Virus genome (UHGV): UHGV-0264650 | Length of the DNA stretch: 15,105 nucleotides | Origin: a virus | Strand: one strand, 5' to 3' | Part shown: positions 14,159 to 15,105 of the stretch, piece after piece | How positions within the stretch are numbered: position 1 is the first letter of the stretch | Layout: each line of letters begins with the position of its first letter | The notes under the pieces: model-generated | The model's input: only the letters and a program-made list of their open reading frames with translations | Told to the model about the DNA's origin: nothing | Database searches by the model: none | Translations under genes and position numbers: made by a program

Positions 14159-14629
14159 TTATTCTTTGCGTATGCACTGCGTCTTGATGTAGTCCTGCAA
14201 TCCGGTGATCTTCGCGTCTTTCTCTTTTAGTTGTTCTCTGAGGGATAGATAAGCCGATTCAGCGTCGGGAGTGAGTCTACAGGCGGCTCCATCAATGGCG
14301 CTGGCGGTTCCGGTGGGGTCGGACACTCGCACGGGCGTTGCGTTGACGCGCAACCGGATAGTACCGTTATCAATGCCAGTGCGCAGATCGGCAATGTCAG
14401 ATCTGATAGCTTTAATCTCATCGTGATACCTCTTATCAAGTTTTGACAGTTCGGCGTTTCGCTCCTTCATCTGCTGAATAGTGTTACTTGCCGTCTTCAG
14501 TGCGCCTTTCGTCACCGTGACTTGTTCCTGTAACCTTGCCGCCTCACCCTGGTAATAACACGTTACGGCGGTCAGCCCGGCAATAATGCAAACAACAACG
14601 GCGATGATTAACGTCTTCACCTTGTCCAT
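14159..14629 (-). CDS. Rz: Rz-like inner-membrane spanin (i-spanin)
   Basis: 156 aa, start overlapping the 3' end of the endolysin gene by 13 nt. N-terminal transmembrane segment ([17 protein letters not shown]) followed by a long charged, coiled-coil-like periplasmic domain. Position and the embedded Rz1-like ORF match the lambda Rz/Rz1 architecture. Confidence 0.8.
   Translation of the reverse strand: MDKVKTLIIAVVVCIIAGLTAVTCYYQGEAARLQEQVTVTKGALKTASNTIQQMKERNAELSKLDKRYHDEIKAIRSDIADLRTGIDNGTIRLRVNATPVRVSDPTGTASAIDGAACRLTPDAESAYLSLREQLKEKDAKITGLQDYIKTQCIRKE
14227..14421 (-). CDS. Rz1: Rz1-like outer-membrane lipoprotein spanin (o-spanin), embedded in the +1 frame of Rz
   Basis: ORF-track ORF 14227-14439 starts at a TTG; the ATG at 14421 has AGAGGT 6 nt upstream. 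Product [26 protein letters not shown]... has a signal peptide with lipobox LSGC, then a Pro-rich mature region ([14 protein letters not shown]). Lies entirely within Rz. Confidence 0.75.
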   Translation of the reverse strand: MRLKLSDLTLPICALALITVLSGCASTQRPCECPTPPEPPAPLMEPPVDSLPTLNRLIYPSENN

Positions 14630-15105
14630 TTTTCACCCCATTCGCAAACGGCATATTCAACATCTCGGCGGTTTACCAGGCCTTGCCACTTCTTACCACC
14701 AGCGTATACCCAGCGTTTAAGCTGTGCGCACGCTTCCGATTTCTTGCCGTCATTAAGTAGCTTTAATAAGGTTGATGTTTTGAAGTTGGTTGCGCCTACG
14801 TTATAGGCGAATGAATAAAGTGCTGCGCGGGTAAAATCTGATATTTCGACTTTGATATATGGGTCAATCGCTTTTGCGGTCTTGTGTAGATCTTTATTTA
14901 ACAAAGCATCGCATTCTGATTGCGTGTAAGTCTTACCAAGCATGATGTCTTTTCCGACGTGTCCATAACATATCGTGTAAACACCGATGACATCTCTGTA
15001 TGGCTTATACTCAACGCCTTCAAGATCTTTTATCATCACCGCCGCAATAGCGATCGCCCCACCAGCCGACGCCGCAACAATCTTGTTTTTCAGCGATTGG
15101 CTAAT
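14617..15105 (-). CDS. SAR endolysin (T4-lysozyme-like muramidase with signal-arrest-release N-terminus); 5' end lies beyond the right edge of the window
   Basis: The frame is open from the window edge: ...[49 protein letters not shown]... A Gly/Ala-rich weakly hydrophobic segment (a SAR domain) precedes a catalytic E-8-D-5-T triad (E in DLEG, D in YRD, T in VYT). The in-window start codons (15039/15036) fall inside the SAR domain, so the real start is upstream of the window. Confidence 0.85.
   Translation of the reverse strand: MSQSLKNKIVAASAGGAIAIAAVMIKDLEGVEYKPYRDVIGVYTICYGHVGKDIMLGKTYTQSECDALLNKDLHKTAKAIDPYIKVEISDFTRAALYSFAYNVGATNFKTSTLLKLLNDGKKSEACAQLKRWVYAGGKKWQGLVNRRDVEYAVCEWGEKWTR

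Noticed and set aside
1-15105. tRNA, rRNA, CRISPR array, integrase, transposase or att site
   Set aside because: No CRISPR-like direct repeats, no tRNA-like conserved arms and no recombinase-like ORF were seen. The window appears to lie entirely inside the late region of the phage.

Overview
This window is the late-gene region of a tailed phage or prophage with a long non-contractile-tail layout, transcribed almost entirely on the minus strand (right to left). The enterobacterial host is an inference from Shine-Dalgarno usage and the lysis-gene types. Order on the minus strand: SAR endolysin (5' end outside the window) -> Rz/Rz1 spanins -> 185-aa unknown protein -> a dense array of nine mini-ORFs (21-38 aa, each one hydrophobic helix) -> AT-rich 81-aa ORF -> small and large terminase -> portal -> Mu F-like head morphogenesis protein -> putative scaffold/protease -> small head protein -> major capsid -> head-tail joining genes -> tail tube -> putative chaperone -> tape measure N-terminus (runs off the left edge). 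Two compositionally distinct AT-rich insertions stand out: a plus-strand moron encoding a secreted 137-aa protein (1565-1978), and the mini-ORF array plus 81-aa gene (12251-13320). The mini-ORF array is the most unusual feature and the best candidate for an undescribed system. No tRNA, rRNA, CRISPR array, integrase or transposase was seen. All family assignments come from reading the translations and from gene order; no database search was run.
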